Positions 9,903-20,050 of a stretch of DNA of 64,000 nucleotides are shown piece after piece. Source of the DNA: Chlorobium sp. (GTDB lineage Bacteria; Bacteroidota; Chlorobiia; Chlorobiales; Chlorobiaceae); assembly GCF_036528655.1 (NCBI RefSeq), contig NZ_JAIGND010000006.1, positions 90,820 through 154,819 of the forward strand. Reading direction: 5' to 3'. The translations under genes were made by a program, and so were the position numbers. Every line of letters starts with the position of its first letter. The first letter of the stretch is position 1. Below the pieces are notes generated by a model. It was given only the letters and a program-made list of their open reading frames with translations. It had not been told where the DNA came from and did no database searches.

Positions 9903-10376
9903 TCAGATATTTCCTTCGAGTCTGAGTTTCCGTTCGTTGTGTTTTTCAAGAATGATGCGCACCAGATACTGAAGCGCGTTGATCACATAGGTGAAATACG
10001 CAAGAAAAGCCTCCCAGATCAGGACATCCTCGGGATAGCCAAGGTAAGCCAGCACAAAATAGAGCAGATGAAATCCCGCCGCTATCGTACTTCCGATATC
10101 CTCCCAGAGGAACTCTTTCGAATAGACCCATTTATCGAAAATCTCCTTTTCGAAAAACATGCCGGTAATGAACAGCAACGCAAAAAAAAGGGTTTTAAAA
10201 AGAATGGCTACGCTGACCCAGTAAAAGTCTGTAACAAAGAGTCCGTTTGCGTAAAGCGCAGTAATGGCCACGCCGGATACGAAAATCAGAAACTGGATGG
10301 GGGCGAGAATGATCTGTATATCGGTCCAGATCGATGCATTTCGTTTAGCAAGCTGTTCGGGAGTATAACGAGGCAT
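9903..10376 (-). CDS. bchF: 2-vinyl bacteriochlorophyllide hydratase (BchF/BchV family)
   Basis: The ORF track gives 239 aa. The conserved protein starts at the internal Met (10376): [32 protein letters not shown]..., which is the BchF family N-terminus. About 158 aa with 3-4 TM helices. It could be the BchV paralog, judging by its neighbourhood to the RLP and a bchQ-like gene. Confidence 0.85.
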   Translation of the reverse strand: MPRYTPEQLAKRNASIWTDIQIILAPIQFLIFVSGVAITALYANGLFVTDFYWVSVAILFKTLFFALLFITGMFFEKEIFDKWVYSKEFLWEDIGSTIAAGFHLLYFVLAYLGYPEDVLIWEAFLAYFTYVINALQYLVRIILEKHNERKLRLEGNI

Positions 10377-10684
10377 AAAAACAGTTTCTCTTCGGGTGAA
10401 AAAAATTCGCGCCCGTAATCGAAAACAATCAGGACGCATCAAAACTTGAAGCATGGAATATACTAAAATGAAAGAGAGAGAAAAAGCGGGGTCTCTCCTG
10501 TAAACAATCTTCGAATTCCCGACGTATTTCGGCGGCAGAGGCCAAATGTGTACAGAGAGCGCCTTTTTTTTCCGGAAAATTGACCTATCTTTACAGGCTG
10601 AGCTGAAACAGGAATCCTTCATACATCAATTTGTTATTACCGGGTTCCATCGGAGTTTTATTCAACTTTTGTTCGTTTCTCCGG

Positions 10685-12091
10685 ATGTACATGCTGAAAC
10701 CAGAAGAGACAAGATCTCTGAAAATCCTGCTTGTTTCGCCACAGGGCAAAATGGATGACGACAGCAACCAGAAACCCCTGTTTCACATGGCTCTCGGGGT
10801 TCTTGTCAGTCTGACACCGGCTCAGCATCAAATCGAACTGGTCGACGAGCATTTTCACGATCCGATCAGGTATGACGGCGATTACGATCTTGTCGGCATC
10901 ACATCCCGGACGCTTGAAGCCACCCGGGCATATGAAATCGCCGATACCTTCAGGGCGCATGGAAAAACAGTCGTCCTCGGTGGACTTCATATCTCCTTCA
11001 ATCCCGAAGAAGCCGCAAAACATGCCGACAGCATCGTCATTGGAGAAGCAGACAATCTCTGGACAACGGTGCTCGACGATGTGGCCGCAGGAAGTCTGAA
11101 ACCGGTATACAACTCGAAAGATTTTCCGCCGGTCAAAGAAATCACCCCGATCGACTATGCGCGTATAGCGAAAGTATCCAGACGGGGAAAGGTTGACGGC
11201 ACGAAATCCATTCCCATCTATCTCACTCGCGGCTGCCCTTTCAACTGTTCGTTCTGCGTAACACCGAACTTCACGGGAAAACAATATCGCTCACAGAAGC
11301 CGGAACTGCTCAAGCAGCAGGTAGACGCCGCAAAAAAATATTTCTTCAAGGAAAACGGCCGTTCATCGAAACCCTGGTTCATGCTGACCGATGAAAATCT
11401 CGGCATCAACAAAAAAAAGCTCTGGGAATCGCTCGATCTGCTCAAGGAGTGCAATATTACATTCAGTGTTTTTCTGAGCGTGAACTTCCTTGAAGACCCT
11501 GAAACCGTCAAAAAGCTCGTGGACGCCGGCTGCAATTTTGTGCTTGCAGGTCTTGAATCCATCAAGCAGAGCACCCTCGAAGCATACAACAAGGGGCATG
11601 TAAACTCCGCGGAAAAATACTCGAAAATCATCGAGGATTGCCGGAAAGCCGGCCTGAACATTCAGGGGAACTTCCTGTTCAACCCGGCAATCGACACCTT
11701 CGAGGATATTGACGAACTCGTACAATTCGTCACGAAAAACCATCTTTTCATGCCGATTTTCCAGATCATCACTCCCTATCCTGGAACACAGATGTACTGG
11801 GATTATAAAAACAAGGGTCTGATAACCGACGAAGACTGGGAAAAATACAACGCCCTGCATCTGGTCATAAAATCCGAGCGTTACGATCCCCTGCTCTTTC
11901 AGTACAAGGTACTCAAGAGCTATACCGACATATACTCATGGCGGCATATCTTCGCCAGAACCTGGTACAACCCGAGAAAGCTCATCAACCTGGTTACGAG
12001 CCTCGCTTTCCGCAACCATCTGCGCAACCAGCTCGACGAATTCGAGCGTCATCACGGGCTCAACCCGAAAGTGCTGGAAGGCGTCAGATAA
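10685..12091 (+). CDS. bchQ: Class B (B12-binding) radical SAM enzyme, probable bacteriochlorophyllide c C-8(2)/C-12(1) methyltransferase (BchQ/BchR family)
   Basis: N-terminal B12-binding domain (KILLVSPQG..., [19 protein letters not shown]). Radical SAM CxxxCxxC motif in [13 protein letters not shown]. It is divergent from the bchF/V gene. The start is ATG 10685 or 10691 (the track ORF begins at 10631). The bchQ assignment rests on my recollection of synteny with C. tepidum, not on a specific motif. Confidence 0.6.
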   Translation: MYMLKPEETRSLKILLVSPQGKMDDDSNQKPLFHMALGVLVSLTPAQHQIELVDEHFHDPIRYDGDYDLVGITSRTLEATRAYEIADTFRAHGKTVVLGGLHISFNPEEAAKHADSIVIGEADNLWTTVLDDVAAGSLKPVYNSKDFPPVKEITPIDYARIAKVSRRGKVDGTKSIPIYLTRGCPFNCSFCVTPNFTGKQYRSQKPELLKQQVDAAKKYFFKENGRSSKPWFMLTDENLGINKKKLWESLDLLKECNITFSVFLSVNFLEDPETVKKLVDAGCNFVLAGLESIKQSTLEAYNKGHVNSAEKYSKIIEDCRKAGLNIQGNFLFNPAIDTFEDIDELVQFVTKNHLFMPIFQIITPYPGTQMYWDYKNKGLITDEDWEKYNALHLVIKSERYDPLLFQYKVLKSYTDIYSWRHIFARTWYNPRKLINLVTSLAFRNHLRNQLDEFERHHGLNPKVLEGVR

Positions 12092-12140
12092 TCCCCCATT
12101 TCCGTCGTCCATCCTCAATCAGAAACAGGCTCGATAAATA

Positions 12141-12168
12141 CTGTACCGAAAGCACACTTCCGGTACAG
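12141..12168 (+). terminator. Hairpin downstream of the bchQ-like gene
   Basis: CTGTACCG (12141-12148) and CGGTACAG (12161-12168) form an 8-bp stem with a 12-nt loop, 50 nt after the stop codon. No U-tract follows, so this is weak. Confidence 0.3.
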
Positions 12169-12360
12169 CTATTATGATCCGCATACGGAAATATAAACCT
12201 GCCGAATAAATACACTATTTATCACTTTTTATCACATCGTAAAGCCAGCAGCACTGATCTGCTTATACTCTTTTTTTAATCGGGAGGGTATCGTATATTC
12301 AACCGGTAAATTTATATAAATGAGCCCTATACGGTCTCACACCCATTAAAACGACCCATC

Positions 12361-13104
12361 ATGAGAAACGCTTTCAACCGCGCTGCGGGCATTGTTCTGC
12401 TTTCGGCGGTGACACTGATCACCGGCTGTTCAAAATCTGATAACCCGGTCACCGATGCCGTATCGCAATTATCGTCTGAATCCCGGCCGAAACGGTACGA
12501 GATCAAATCGGGAATCGTACATTTCGAACCGATGAACGTGATGGGCGTTTCCACCACTACCGAAACACTGTATTTCGATGATTACGGCCGAAAAGAAGCG
12601 AAGGAGACCGTTACGGAGACCAATGTCATGGGTATGAAAACCTATGAACACCGTATGGATATTACCGACGGTGATTACGCGCTTTCCTACGAGCTGAAAA
12701 AAACCCTCAACGGCAAAGATGAAACAAGCAAGGAAGCAACGAAAACAGATATGCGCCAGATGCGCGAGATGGCCCTGATGATGAGCAAAGCCATTGACGT
12801 AAATGAACTGAAAAAGAATTTCGATTACCGTGAAGAAGGAACCGAGGAAATCGCCGGAGTTACCGGCAGGAAGTATTCCGTCGCTCTCAATAAGGAACAA
12901 CCCGATGCCCGTGTCTTCGGTGTCATGTACAAGAACATAGTACTGAAGAGCGAGATGGGCGATATTTCCATGAGGGCGTCGAAAATCGAAGAAAATGCCG
13001 CGGTTCCGGCATCAAAATTCGAGGTTCCTGCAGGGTATACCATAAAGGAGGTCAACCTTGCCGAAGAGATGGAAAAGTCCGGTATGGGAGAAACTGAAGA
13101 GTAG
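12361..13104 (+). CDS. Hypothetical lipoprotein
   Basis: 247 aa with a signal peptide and lipobox (LSAVTLITGCS). The mature part is acidic and Lys-rich. I recognise no family with confidence. Confidence 0.6.
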   Translation: MRNAFNRAAGIVLLSAVTLITGCSKSDNPVTDAVSQLSSESRPKRYEIKSGIVHFEPMNVMGVSTTTETLYFDDYGRKEAKETVTETNVMGMKTYEHRMDITDGDYALSYELKKTLNGKDETSKEATKTDMRQMREMALMMSKAIDVNELKKNFDYREEGTEEIAGVTGRKYSVALNKEQPDARVFGVMYKNIVLKSEMGDISMRASKIEENAAVPASKFEVPAGYTIKEVNLAEEMEKSGMGETEE

Positions 13105-13261
13105 GAGAAAAACCCGACATCCAGCATCACGAAAGACCGGTCGCCGTCATCATGCCGAAGGCGTCCGGTCTTCACGCCCTGAAAACAAAACGGTCAATGT
13201 CATATAATCCGTGATGCCGGCAGGCAATCTTCCGGAACACCTCCTTTCTGCGACCACAAAA

Positions 13262-14317
13262 CTATTTACGGAACTTCCAGTACCTGCCCGCGACGGTATC
13301 GACAGGTTCGAGCGAAAACCTTTCCGCGGCGGGCAGCCCGTGATTGATGATGTAGAACATATCTCCAAGCACCGTTCTCGATTGCCCGTAATATGAGTGT
13401 CCGAGAAAACCGTCGCTGGCGTCTGTGACATCGACGGTTTCAATGCCCGGAACAATAACCGGAATCTCCTTCACCTCCCCCGCACGGGGATTACCGTTGA
13501 CGCTTTCGGAAATCCTGAGCGCCTTGTCGGACCGTGAAGCGTAGAGCGTGACCGGCACTCCCTTGCCGGCAAGAGCCGGCCCCACCTCATTGCGGAAACG
13601 CTCCCCGTCGATGTCGGGCGCGGCAAGCACGACGGCCCTGAATCGGCGGAGCAGTTCGGGACGCTCTCTGGCAAGCAGGGCAAAAGCCGCGCTCATGGCG
13701 CGGGTTCCCATACTGTGGGCAAGAAGGCTGATCTCCCCGGGACCTGAACGCTCCGCGATGCCGGCAAGAAAACGGTACAGGTTTCCTTCCGAGGCGGCAA
13801 CGCTCCGTTCGTCTTCACGGTACAGCCTCACGGAACACCCTGAAGGCCAGCTGTAGAGCAACGGAACTCCCCTGAAATCGAGATCGGTGCTTATCTGGGC
13901 CAGGCGCAGGGCCGCTTCCTCGAAACAGATGCTGTACCCGTGGACAAAAACAAGGACGGCAAGCTGCCTGCCGGAACGGCGTAAATGGGCAAGCTCACTG
14001 AAAAAGCTTTGCTGATCGAGCGTATCGAGCGACTGAAGCGTGAAATACCGCTCCGGATGCGACCGTTCGTGCGGCATTTCAAAATTGGCGATGCGATGCC
14101 TCTTCGGTATGGCGACCGTGCAGCTTCCGTACTGCAGGGGACCCCTGTCGGTACCATAGAAATCCGCCGGATGCTGTTCACCGGAGCGGGCACGGTCGGT
14201 AGCATAGAGGAATGAGCGTAACGGCTGAACAAGATCAGCCTGATAAGAGGAACTGCAACCGGCAAGTTCAAGCGCCAGCAGCAGCACCAAAAGAATCGAC
14301 CTGCACGTCTGCATCAT
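13262..14317 (-). CDS. Alpha/beta hydrolase of the DUF900 type, lipoprotein
   Basis: Start at MMQTCRSILLVLLLALELAGCSS (lipobox). Nucleophile elbow AHSMG. It also has FVHGY and YSWPS motifs, typical of DUF900 esterase-like proteins. Confidence 0.75.
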   Translation of the reverse strand: MMQTCRSILLVLLLALELAGCSSSYQADLVQPLRSFLYATDRARSGEQHPADFYGTDRGPLQYGSCTVAIPKRHRIANFEMPHERSHPERYFTLQSLDTLDQQSFFSELAHLRRSGRQLAVLVFVHGYSICFEEAALRLAQISTDLDFRGVPLLYSWPSGCSVRLYREDERSVAASEGNLYRFLAGIAERSGPGEISLLAHSMGTRAMSAAFALLARERPELLRRFRAVVLAAPDIDGERFRNEVGPALAGKGVPVTLYASRSDKALRISESVNGNPRAGEVKEIPVIVPGIETVDVTDASDGFLGHSYYGQSRTVLGDMFYIINHGLPAAERFSLEPVDTVAGRYWKFRK

Positions 14318-14447
14318 TGGATGGCCCTCCGATTCATCAGGAAATGGTTCCGGAACCGGCAACCAGAGCAAGGTTTATATCAACAACCACCCTGCCATCC
14401 GCCACGAGTCCTGGCGTCAATATTTTCAGGAGCAATGACCGCATTCA

Positions 14448-16250
14448 TCATTTTCTCCGGGCACATGCCCGATAGAGGCGATAGAATGCGACCACTGCGC
14501 GACGTATGTCTCGATCGGCTGCGAGTGCAAGAACCTGACAGGGTTTAACGGAAGAATTGTAGCGCATAAGCTCTTTTCTGTACAGAAAACGCATAACAAC
14601 CTCCGCCGACACAGATACCGTAGCCTCGACAGCCGCCCTGATGTTCACAACCGGCCCGACACCCGGGACACTTCCGGAAACCTCCCGGATAGTGAGCGCC
14701 CGCCGATCGGCCTCCTGGGTCATGCGAAACTCGATACACCGGCCACCACTCTCTTCGAGAAAAACAGAAACCGGCTCTTTCAGCCTCCTTCCGGAGGGAT
14801 AGTCGATGCGGGGTTCCGTACTCGCGAAACGTTCGTACGCTTCATAGATCGTCGACTCAATCTCCTGTGTGGTCAGACTCCGGTTAACAAGTGTCAGAAA
14901 AACGAACTGACAGAAATCCCTCAGGAATATCCGCAGTATCCCCCTCTCGCTCTCCTCCTGCATCATGGTTCGGTAATTGAAGAAAGCTACATAGCAGTAT
15001 AGCATCATCGTCATCAATCGGGCATTACTCATTCCCTCGGTCTTCACCACCGGACAGAAGTTGTTATAGAGGTCCCAGTTGAAAGAGGTAATATTGTCCT
15101 GACTGCGGTACTCCTCATAAATATTCGTACCTGGATAGGGCGTCATTGCCATGAACAGCGCATTCCTGAGGCTGAGTGCCCGGGCAAAACCCGGATAAAC
15201 CATCGTATCGGCTTCGGTCTCGCTGTGGTGCCCGACAATGAAATAGCCTTCGACGCCGATATCGTGTTTTCCAAGCAGTTCTATAGCCCTGGAAATATCG
15301 TCGAGAGTATTCTGCTTGTTCATCAACTCGAGAGTTGCAGGGTTCGGACTCTCGATACCGAGTCCTACCTTTCTCAGTCCGACCTTATGCAACTTGCCGA
15401 GAATACGTTCAGACCTGATCACATCCCTGGCACGGGTCTCGGTGACAATCCTGAAATTGGTCAACCCCTGCTCGATCATGAGGTCGCAAATCCGCTCGAC
15501 CCGTTTGATGTTGGTCAGAAAGTTGGCGTCCCAGATTTTCAGCAGCTTTTTCTTCTTCGGATCGTGAATCAGGGCAATCTCCTCAACCACATTCTCCGCA
15601 CTCCGGCCACGCCACTGTTTGTGCATCCTGTCATTGGCGCAGAACGAACACTTCCAGGGGCAGCCACGCGAAGTGTATATTGTCTCGATAGTATAGTCAT
15701 GACTCTTCTCTCCGAACCGCTCGGGCCGGATCGAGCGGAGCGGAAAGCGGATCGAATCCACATCCCTGATCAACTCCCGAATTCCGGTATGGACAAATGT
15801 GCCGTTCTCTTTCCAGCAGAGCCCTTTCACGTCGCGCGACGGCCCTTTCTCGACCAGTTCCCGGAAGGTTGCCTCCCCCTCGCCGATCACCACCAGATCA
15901 GCAAATCCATGATCGAGCGCTTCCTCGGGCATCGCCGTCGGATGAAAGCCGCCCATCACCACCGTGACGCCGTATTTTCTGGCAATCCGCGAAAGCTTCA
16001 CCGCGTTGTTGAAGCCGCCGGTCATCGAGGAGATGGCCGCAAGATCGAACGGCCGCTCCTGCAGCAGCCGCTCGAAACTGTCGAAAATCCCTTCGTTGTA
16101 ATAGTTATCGGGCATCGCCATGCTTTCGGCGATATCCTCCACAGCGCTGGCGAGATAGCAGACGCCGATACAGTCGCTGATGAATCGGGGAAACGGCGTC
16201 ACAATCGCCTGCGGAGCCTCGACGAAGCAGATGTTCCTGTAATACGCCAT
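14448..16250 (-). CDS. Class B (B12-binding) radical SAM protein of unknown function with a ~170-aa C-terminal extension
   Basis: Start at Met-51 of the track ORF (MAYYRNICFVEAP...). B12-binding domain (DLAAISSMTGGF, VVMGGFHPT). Radical SAM motif YTSRGCPWKCSFC. It has a long C-terminal tail beyond the core, and it differs from the bchQ-like protein. Confidence 0.8.
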   Translation of the reverse strand: MAYYRNICFVEAPQAIVTPFPRFISDCIGVCYLASAVEDIAESMAMPDNYYNEGIFDSFERLLQERPFDLAAISSMTGGFNNAVKLSRIARKYGVTVVMGGFHPTAMPEEALDHGFADLVVIGEGEATFRELVEKGPSRDVKGLCWKENGTFVHTGIRELIRDVDSIRFPLRSIRPERFGEKSHDYTIETIYTSRGCPWKCSFCANDRMHKQWRGRSAENVVEEIALIHDPKKKKLLKIWDANFLTNIKRVERICDLMIEQGLTNFRIVTETRARDVIRSERILGKLHKVGLRKVGLGIESPNPATLELMNKQNTLDDISRAIELLGKHDIGVEGYFIVGHHSETEADTMVYPGFARALSLRNALFMAMTPYPGTNIYEEYRSQDNITSFNWDLYNNFCPVVKTEGMSNARLMTMMLYCYVAFFNYRTMMQEESERGILRIFLRDFCQFVFLTLVNRSLTTQEIESTIYEAYERFASTEPRIDYPSGRRLKEPVSVFLEESGGRCIEFRMTQEADRRALTIREVSGSVPGVGPVVNIRAAVEATVSVSAEVVMRFLYRKELMRYNSSVKPCQVLALAADRDIRRAVVAFYRLYRACARRK

Positions 16251-16456
16251 AGCCAGGTTTGGATTAAGATCAGGAAGGTGATGGAAGGAAATGCTAAGTT
16301 CCCCGGACTGGCGGATCCATCGTATACAGGTAAAATATACGCGATTCATATGACAAAAGAAGCTATCCCGGCACAATACCCCTTCATTGTGAAACATCAA
16401 GGGTTCGATGTCGCCTTGAACGGTATATCAAAACCCTTGCTTTGGCTCAGTAACTG

Positions 16457-16497
16457 AAAAAAAAAGCCGCCCCGGCAAACCACACCGGAACGGCTTC
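16457..16497 (-). terminator. Rho-independent terminator of the hcp operon
   Basis: The minus-strand RNA is GAAGCCGUUCCGGUGUGGUUUGCCGGGGCGGCUUUUUUUUU. It forms a GC-rich stem (AGCCG/CGGCU and CCGG/CCGG) followed by a U9 tract, about 30 nt after the hcp stop. Confidence 0.85.
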
Positions 16498-16529
16498 GAT
16501 GAACTGGCTATTGTAATACTGCCAATCGC

Positions 16530-18158
16530 TCAGTTCCCGGCCATCATGGCCTCAACGTCAGCTTCAACCGTATCAATCGGTTTGATACCGAACTTCTCCA
16601 CAAGAACGGCGGCAACGTTGGGCGTAAGGAACTGCGGCAGCGTCGGCCCGAGACGGATGCCTTTGACGCCGAGATAGAGCAGGGCGAGCAGCACGGTCAC
16701 GGCTTTCTGCTCGTACCAGGCGATGTCGAAGGAAATCGGCAGGTCGTTGATGTCCTCAAGACCGAACACCTCCTTGAGCTTCAGCGCAATCACCGCCAGC
16801 GAGTAGGAGTCGTTGCACTGGCCTGCGTCGAGCACGCGCGGAATGCCGCCGATATCGCCGAGCTGCAGCTTGTTGTAGCGGTACTTCGCGCAACCTGCAG
16901 TGAGGATGACGGTATTATCCGGCAGCGCGCCTGCAACGTCGGTGTAGTACTGGCGCGAGTTGTGCCGTCCATCGCATCCGGCCATCACCACGAACCGCTT
17001 GATTGCACCTGACTTGACGGCATCAACCACCTTGTCGGCAAGTGCAAGCACCTGGTTGTGCGCGAAACCGCCCACAATCTCTCCGTTCTCGATCTCTTTC
17101 GGCGCAGGGCAGGTTTTTGCCTGTTCGATAAGGGCCGAGAAGTCCTTCTGGCCGCCTTCAGGACGTGCCTCGATATGCTTCAGGCCGGGATACCCGGCCA
17201 TGCCGGTGGTGTACATTCTGTTGCGGTACGACTCGCGAACCGGCACGATGCAGTTGGTGGTCATGAGTATAGGGCCGTTGAACGACTCGAACTCGCGATC
17301 CTGCGCCCACCATGAGTTGCCGTAGTTGCCGACGAAGTGGCTGTACTTCTTGAATGATGGATAGTAGTGTGCCGGCAGCATCTCGCAATGGGTATAGACG
17401 TCCACACCGGTGCCTTCTGTCTGTTTGAGCAGATCCTCCATGTCGCGGAGGTCGTGTCCGGAGATGAGAATACCGGGATTCGTACCCACACCGGTCTTCA
17501 CTGTCGTGATTTCAGGGTTCCCATAGGTTTCGGTATTGGCCTTGTCAAGCAGCGCCATGGCTTTCACGGCGACGGCTCCGGTTTCGAGCACCAGTGCGGT
17601 AAGCCGGTCGGCATCGAGATCCTTCAGAAGCGATGCAAGACCTTTCACATAGAACGAGTAGATCTCCTGATCCTCGTAGCCGAGCACGGCGGCATGGTCG
17701 GTATAGGCGGCAAGCCCCTTGATGCCATAGAGCACAAGGCTTTTGAGCGAACGCAGGTCTTCGTTTTCACTGAGAGCTTCGATACCGCAGGTGACGGCCT
17801 TCTCCAGGAACTCATCCCTCGTGCGCCCGTTCCAGTTTGCGGCGTCGTGCGACGGAACCGACGTCAGCATGGCGTTCAGTTCATCGCGCTTGTCGAGCGT
17901 CCGGCATATCTGGCTGACGATGGCATCGTCGTCGAAATTGGTGTTGGTGACCGTCACGAAAAGCGACTCGCTGACGAGGCGGCCGTACTCTGCCGGAACC
18001 GGTCCTTCGAGCGCTTCAGCACAGAGCGCGAGCCCCTCGGCAGCATAAACCAGCACGTCCTGCAGTTTCGCGGTCATATCGTCCTTGCCGCACACGCCGC
18101 GCGCTATGCAGCCTGTACCCCGGACGCTTTCCTGACATTGATCGCAATACATTCCCAT
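16530..18158 (-). CDS. hcp: Hybrid cluster protein / hydroxylamine reductase
   Basis: 542 aa. N-terminal Cys cluster [23 protein letters not shown]. Colinear Hcp motifs include [15 protein letters not shown] and GCDGRH. Confidence 0.95.
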   Translation of the reverse strand: MGMYCDQCQESVRGTGCIARGVCGKDDMTAKLQDVLVYAAEGLALCAEALEGPVPAEYGRLVSESLFVTVTNTNFDDDAIVSQICRTLDKRDELNAMLTSVPSHDAANWNGRTRDEFLEKAVTCGIEALSENEDLRSLKSLVLYGIKGLAAYTDHAAVLGYEDQEIYSFYVKGLASLLKDLDADRLTALVLETGAVAVKAMALLDKANTETYGNPEITTVKTGVGTNPGILISGHDLRDMEDLLKQTEGTGVDVYTHCEMLPAHYYPSFKKYSHFVGNYGNSWWAQDREFESFNGPILMTTNCIVPVRESYRNRMYTTGMAGYPGLKHIEARPEGGQKDFSALIEQAKTCPAPKEIENGEIVGGFAHNQVLALADKVVDAVKSGAIKRFVVMAGCDGRHNSRQYYTDVAGALPDNTVILTAGCAKYRYNKLQLGDIGGIPRVLDAGQCNDSYSLAVIALKLKEVFGLEDINDLPISFDIAWYEQKAVTVLLALLYLGVKGIRLGPTLPQFLTPNVAAVLVEKFGIKPIDTVEADVEAMMAGN

Positions 18159-18203
18159 AGTCTTATCCTCCGTTGTGTTGTTTTCGGGAAAGTTCCCTGT
18201 TTT

Positions 18204-18611
18204 TTAATTACGGGGACACAGAAGATCGGCTATCGTCCTGTCACCTGCCGCGCCCTCACTGTCCCCTTTCTTCTCTTTCAGTAAAGCCCTTTGCATGAAC
18301 GCCGTACAGAGCAGGCGTTTGTTGTTCGGACGGCGATCTATGATCGCCGTGCAGTCCTCGATGGCGCCGTCGATCTCTCCAAGCTCGGCCCGTGCGATTG
18401 CCCTGTTGCCGTAAGCGGCAATCGCCTCCCGGAACCGCAATCCAAGCTTCAGCGCCATGGTATAATCCGCCTCGGCGCCCCCATAGTCGCCCGTGCTGCT
18501 GCGCGCATTGGCTCGATTATACCAACCTTCGGCATCTTCCGGGCGACGAGCGATTACCTTCGTAATCTCGTCAGCTGTGCCGCGATACCCTCCAAGTGCG
18601 TCCTTCAGCAT
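18204..18611 (-). CDS. Tetratricopeptide repeat protein
   Basis: 135 aa with three TPR-like units (WYNRANARSSTGDYGGAEADYTMALKL, AYGNRAIARAELGEIDGAIEDCTAII). Its start codon is 1 nt after the stop of the upstream ferredoxin gene. Confidence 0.7.
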   Translation of the reverse strand: MLKDALGGYRGTADEITKVIARRPEDAEGWYNRANARSSTGDYGGAEADYTMALKLGLRFREAIAAYGNRAIARAELGEIDGAIEDCTAIIDRRPNNKRLLCTAFMQRALLKEKKGDSEGAAGDRTIADLLCPRN

Positions 18612-18612
18612 T

Positions 18613-19515
18613 TCACACCCACTCCTCTCCCAGCGTGTCGCCCTGCACGCCGATCACTATTTTCCTGACCGGAACCTTGCGCTTTGCGCGCTTCAGCGCT
18701 TCGGACACAATCGACATAAGCCCTCCGCAGCATGGCACCTCCATGATGGCGACAGTGATGGTGTTGATGCGCGCATGATCGATCATGGCAGCAAGCTTTT
18801 CGACATAGACATCCATGCCGCTGTCGAGCTTCGGACATGCAACGGCAAGCGTTCTGCCGCGAAGCAGCCTGCGGTGGAAATCACCCGCAGCGAAGGCCGT
18901 GCAGTCGGCGGCGAGCAGCAGATCAGAACCCTCGTAATAAGGCGCCAGGGGGGAGACAAGGTGCAGCTGAACCGGCCACTGACGCAGTTCGCCGGACACC
19001 GGCATATCGCGTTCAGCAGGTGTTGCCGAAGCCTGTCCGTTAGCGGAACGGAAGTCCATGGTCCTGCTGCCGGGACATCCCCCGCCATGATGGCGATGTG
19101 CAGATGGCGCATGTTCCGTCTGATGACACGACGCAGCATGCGAAGCTTCGATAACATGCTCAAGCGGATTCCCGATACCCTCTTCTTCGAGACATTCGAT
19201 CGCCTCACGCAGAAAATCGTGAGCCCCATGATCGCGAAGATGGACAAGATGGGCGGCGATCACGTTTGCCCCCCCCCTGATGATGCTCTCGCGCATGACG
19301 CGTTTCTCGTCGTAAGGCTCCGCCTCCCTTGTCTCGATCCTCATGGCCCCTGTCGGGCAATGCCCTATGCAGGCCCCGAGCCCGTCGCAGAAAAGGTCGC
19401 TCACAAGCCTCGCCTTGCCGTCGATAAGCTGCAGCGCCCCTTCGGGACATCCCGGAATACAGTCGCCGCACCCGGTGCATTTCCTTTCATCTATGGTGAT
19501 TATCTGTCGTTTCAT
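18613..19515 (-). CDS. 4Fe-4S dicluster ferredoxin-domain protein with a Cys-rich C-terminal domain (hcp-associated Fe-S protein)
   Basis: Start at MKRQIITIDERKCTGCGDCIPGCPEGAL. The second cluster is CDGLGACIGHCPTGAM. The C-terminal domain has ACPKLD and VPCCGG motifs. It overlaps the Rrf2 gene by 4 nt (ATGA). Confidence 0.8.
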   Translation of the reverse strand: MKRQIITIDERKCTGCGDCIPGCPEGALQLIDGKARLVSDLFCDGLGACIGHCPTGAMRIETREAEPYDEKRVMRESIIRGGANVIAAHLVHLRDHGAHDFLREAIECLEEEGIGNPLEHVIEASHAASCHQTEHAPSAHRHHGGGCPGSRTMDFRSANGQASATPAERDMPVSGELRQWPVQLHLVSPLAPYYEGSDLLLAADCTAFAAGDFHRRLLRGRTLAVACPKLDSGMDVYVEKLAAMIDHARINTITVAIMEVPCCGGLMSIVSEALKRAKRKVPVRKIVIGVQGDTLGEEWV

Positions 19516-20039
19516 GCCTGTGTCATCCTTTGTGGTTCGTTCTTCATATCCCTTTCTTTCCCTGCAATCGCTCCGTTCTCCCCTGCCGCAGCGGCTGCCG
19601 GAATGCATCCGTGAGCACTCCTTGTGTTGGCTGCATCCAGATCGCGCATCAGTTTGCCTATCGTGATGCTGTCGAACTCCCTCCCGAACACCTGCCCGAT
19701 ACGCATGATCTCATGACGCAGCACGCAGCGTGCGCGATTTGAGCATATCTGCCTGCGGAACATGCACTCCGAGACCTGCACCCTGCCCTGAAAAATCTCT
19801 ATCAGCTCCCTGATCCGTATTTCGTCCGGATCTTTTGCCAGCTTGAAGCCGCCGCTCGCGCCCTCTTTCGAAACCACAAGATCATGGCGGATCATCTCCT
19901 GAAGAAGGCGGCGAAGAAACTGGTAGGGAATATCATGCTCCCGGGAAATAGCCCTCGCCGAGAGATAGCCACCTCTGGCAGCGCCAAGGGTGAGCAGGGA
20001 CCGGATTGCGTAATCAGTATTTTTGGTCAGTACTTTCAT
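19512..20039 (-). CDS. Rrf2 family transcriptional regulator (NsrR/IscR-like, three-Cys cluster motif)
   Basis: Start at MKVLTKNTDYAIRSLLTLG (Rrf2 wHTH). Cys ligand pattern CMFRRQICSNRARC. First gene of the hcp operon. Confidence 0.9.
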   Translation of the reverse strand: MKVLTKNTDYAIRSLLTLGAARGGYLSARAISREHDIPYQFLRRLLQEMIRHDLVVSKEGASGGFKLAKDPDEIRIRELIEIFQGRVQVSECMFRRQICSNRARCVLRHEIMRIGQVFGREFDSITIGKLMRDLDAANTRSAHGCIPAAAAAGENGAIAGKERDMKNEPQRMTQA

Positions 20040-20050
20040 GGCAGCCTCCT

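Noticed and set aside
9903-10622. N-terminally extended track ORFs. Examples: the 239-aa bchF ORF, 22645-23817 folP, 38839-39711 pseudouridine synthase, 34159-34890 OMP, 60035-61210 acr3, 61092-61610 arsC and 19512-20111 rrf2.
   Set aside because: The extensions precede the conserved family N-termini or signal peptides and often overlap the neighbouring gene. I used internal Met or GTG starts instead.
15225-19614. Long plus-strand ORFs (15225-16457, 17367-18284, 18493-19614) opposite the radical SAM, hcp and ferredoxin genes.
   Set aside because: All are antisense shadows of CDS with strong family motifs on the minus strand. They are Arg/Gly/His-rich with no domains.
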